NCBI GenBank assembly: GCA_938091905.1
Contig: CALKOM010000070.1
Location: 1 to 19,781 of the forward strand
Length of the DNA stretch: 19,781 bases
From: an uncultured Verrucomicrobiales bacterium
GTDB taxonomy: Bacteria; Verrucomicrobiota; Verrucomicrobiia; Verrucomicrobiales; DEV007
Direction: 5' to 3'
Under the pieces are notes generated by a model. The model worked only from the letters and a program-made list of their open reading frames with translations, had not been told where the DNA came from and ran no database searches. How positions within the stretch are numbered: the stretch's first letter is position 1; each line of letters opens with the position of its first letter. Positions 19,091 to 19,781 of this stretch are shown here, piece by piece. The position numbers were made by a program, and so were the translations under genes.

Positions 19091-19209
19091 AACTCTATCA
19101 TTAACCTACCGCGATCGCGCTTGAAAGAAAAAGAGCGGATCAAAAAGAAATGAACGGTCAGAATAAAATAACACACTCATAAAATCGCCTGCCCCACGCA
19201 CGTGCGCGT

Positions 19210-19251
19210 GATGCCTTCAAGAGGCAATACTGCCTCTTCGAAAGCGACATC
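19210..19251. repeat. Imperfect inverted repeat / long hairpin
   Basis: Core AAGAGGCA-ATAC-TGCCTCTT (19219-19238), extended by TTC/GAA and GATG/CATC with bulges. Confidence 0.6.
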
Positions 19252-19338
19252 CAAGACAATTATTAGAATTGCATTAAATCGCCCAGCCCCCAGAAGGCTA
19301 ATGATGTAAATTGCCCGCCTTAAGATGAGCACCTCACG

Positions 19339-19781
19339 GGGTGTGATCTCGTATTGATGTTGATATTACGATAACACTCAAACAAATAGGTTGTACTTTT
19401 AGTGGTTATATGCAAGGTCGCCAAATGTCTCCTGACATTCAGCGTAATCCTGACAACACAATCACGGTGTCGTTCACGTTCACTCCAGGTGCTTCAATGC
19501 TTGAGAGCGAACTTAACCTGCAAACGGCTTCCAATGATGCGAATGCTCTCGCTTCCGGCGAATGCCTCAAGCGTTTTGATACCGACGGTTCACCGATCGA
19601 GATGGGCGGGCGAACACTCACTTCCAAAGGGCAAGCGGAGAAGACCTACCAATCTCCCTATGGCCCTGTTTCCGTGCCCCGTCACGTCTATCAGAGCTCT
19701 TGGGGTGGCGCGACTTATTGTCCTTTGGAGGTTGCTGCACGATCTGTGCGCACAGCCACCCCTCTTCTTGCCAAGCAGGCA
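19339..19781 (+). mobile_element. ISKra4-family insertion sequence, left part (cut by the window end)
   Basis: Transposase N-terminus from 19425. The candidate left end GGGTGTGATCTC at about 19339 fits the GGG-starting ends of the ISMich2 group. The boundary is inferred because the right IR is outside the window. Confidence 0.65.
19425..19781 (+). CDS. ISKra4-family transposase, N-terminal part (partial)
   Basis: Open frame to the window end: MSPDIQRNPDNTITVSFTFTPGASMLESE...LKRFDTDGSPIEMGGRTLTSKG..EKTYQSPYGPVSVPRHVYQSSWGGATYCPLEVAAR. FDTDGSPI, YQxPYG, RHVYQ and YCPLE are characteristic of this family. An in-frame ATG also exists at 19410. Confidence 0.85.
   Translation, partial: MSPDIQRNPDNTITVSFTFTPGASMLESELNLQTASNDANALASGECLKRFDTDGSPIEMGGRTLTSKGQAEKTYQSPYGPVSVPRHVYQSSWGGATYCPLEVAARSVRTATPLLAKQA

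Noticed and set aside
19106..19180. Minus-strand 24-aa Phe-rich ORF (MSVLFYSDRSFLFDPLFFFQARSR) resembling a pheL-type attenuator leader
   Set aside because: There is no co-oriented downstream gene to regulate, and the Phe codons follow simply from the plus-strand A-tracts.
19210..19251. Bulged hairpin considered as an integron attC site or CRISPR repeat
   Set aside because: It lacks RYYYAAC/GTTRRRY boxes, occurs as a single copy, and no integrase or cas genes are present.
19439..19627. 62-aa minus-strand ORF
   Set aside because: It is antisense to the ISKra4 transposase frame.

Overview
A gene-dense bacterial window. The gene content (PSD1/DUF1549/DUF1553 plus DUF1501 pair, DUF4159, PQQ-like propeller, exported sulfatase) points to a PVC-superphylum genome, probably Verrucomicrobia. 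In order it holds: the 3' end of a metallophosphoesterase, a GT9 heptosyltransferase, an orphan membrane protein, an unusual membrane-anchored divergent Hsp70-like ATPase with a tightly coupled 50-aa ORF, a PQQ-like beta-propeller, DUF4159, a small secreted orphan behind an AT-rich palindromic operator-like site, a stand-alone sufS, rfbD, an exported thioredoxin, the DUF1553/DUF1501 pair, a sulfatase, ppk1, a Gfo/Idh/MocA oxidoreductase, a hairpin-rich AT-rich intergenic region, and the left end of an ISKra4-family element that the ORF track misses. I saw no rRNA, tRNA or CRISPR array. The best novelty candidates are the TM-anchored Hsp70-like locus, a recurrent leaderless promoter architecture, and the operator-like site in front of the small secreted protein and sufS. 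All calls come from reading motifs by eye; no database searches were run.
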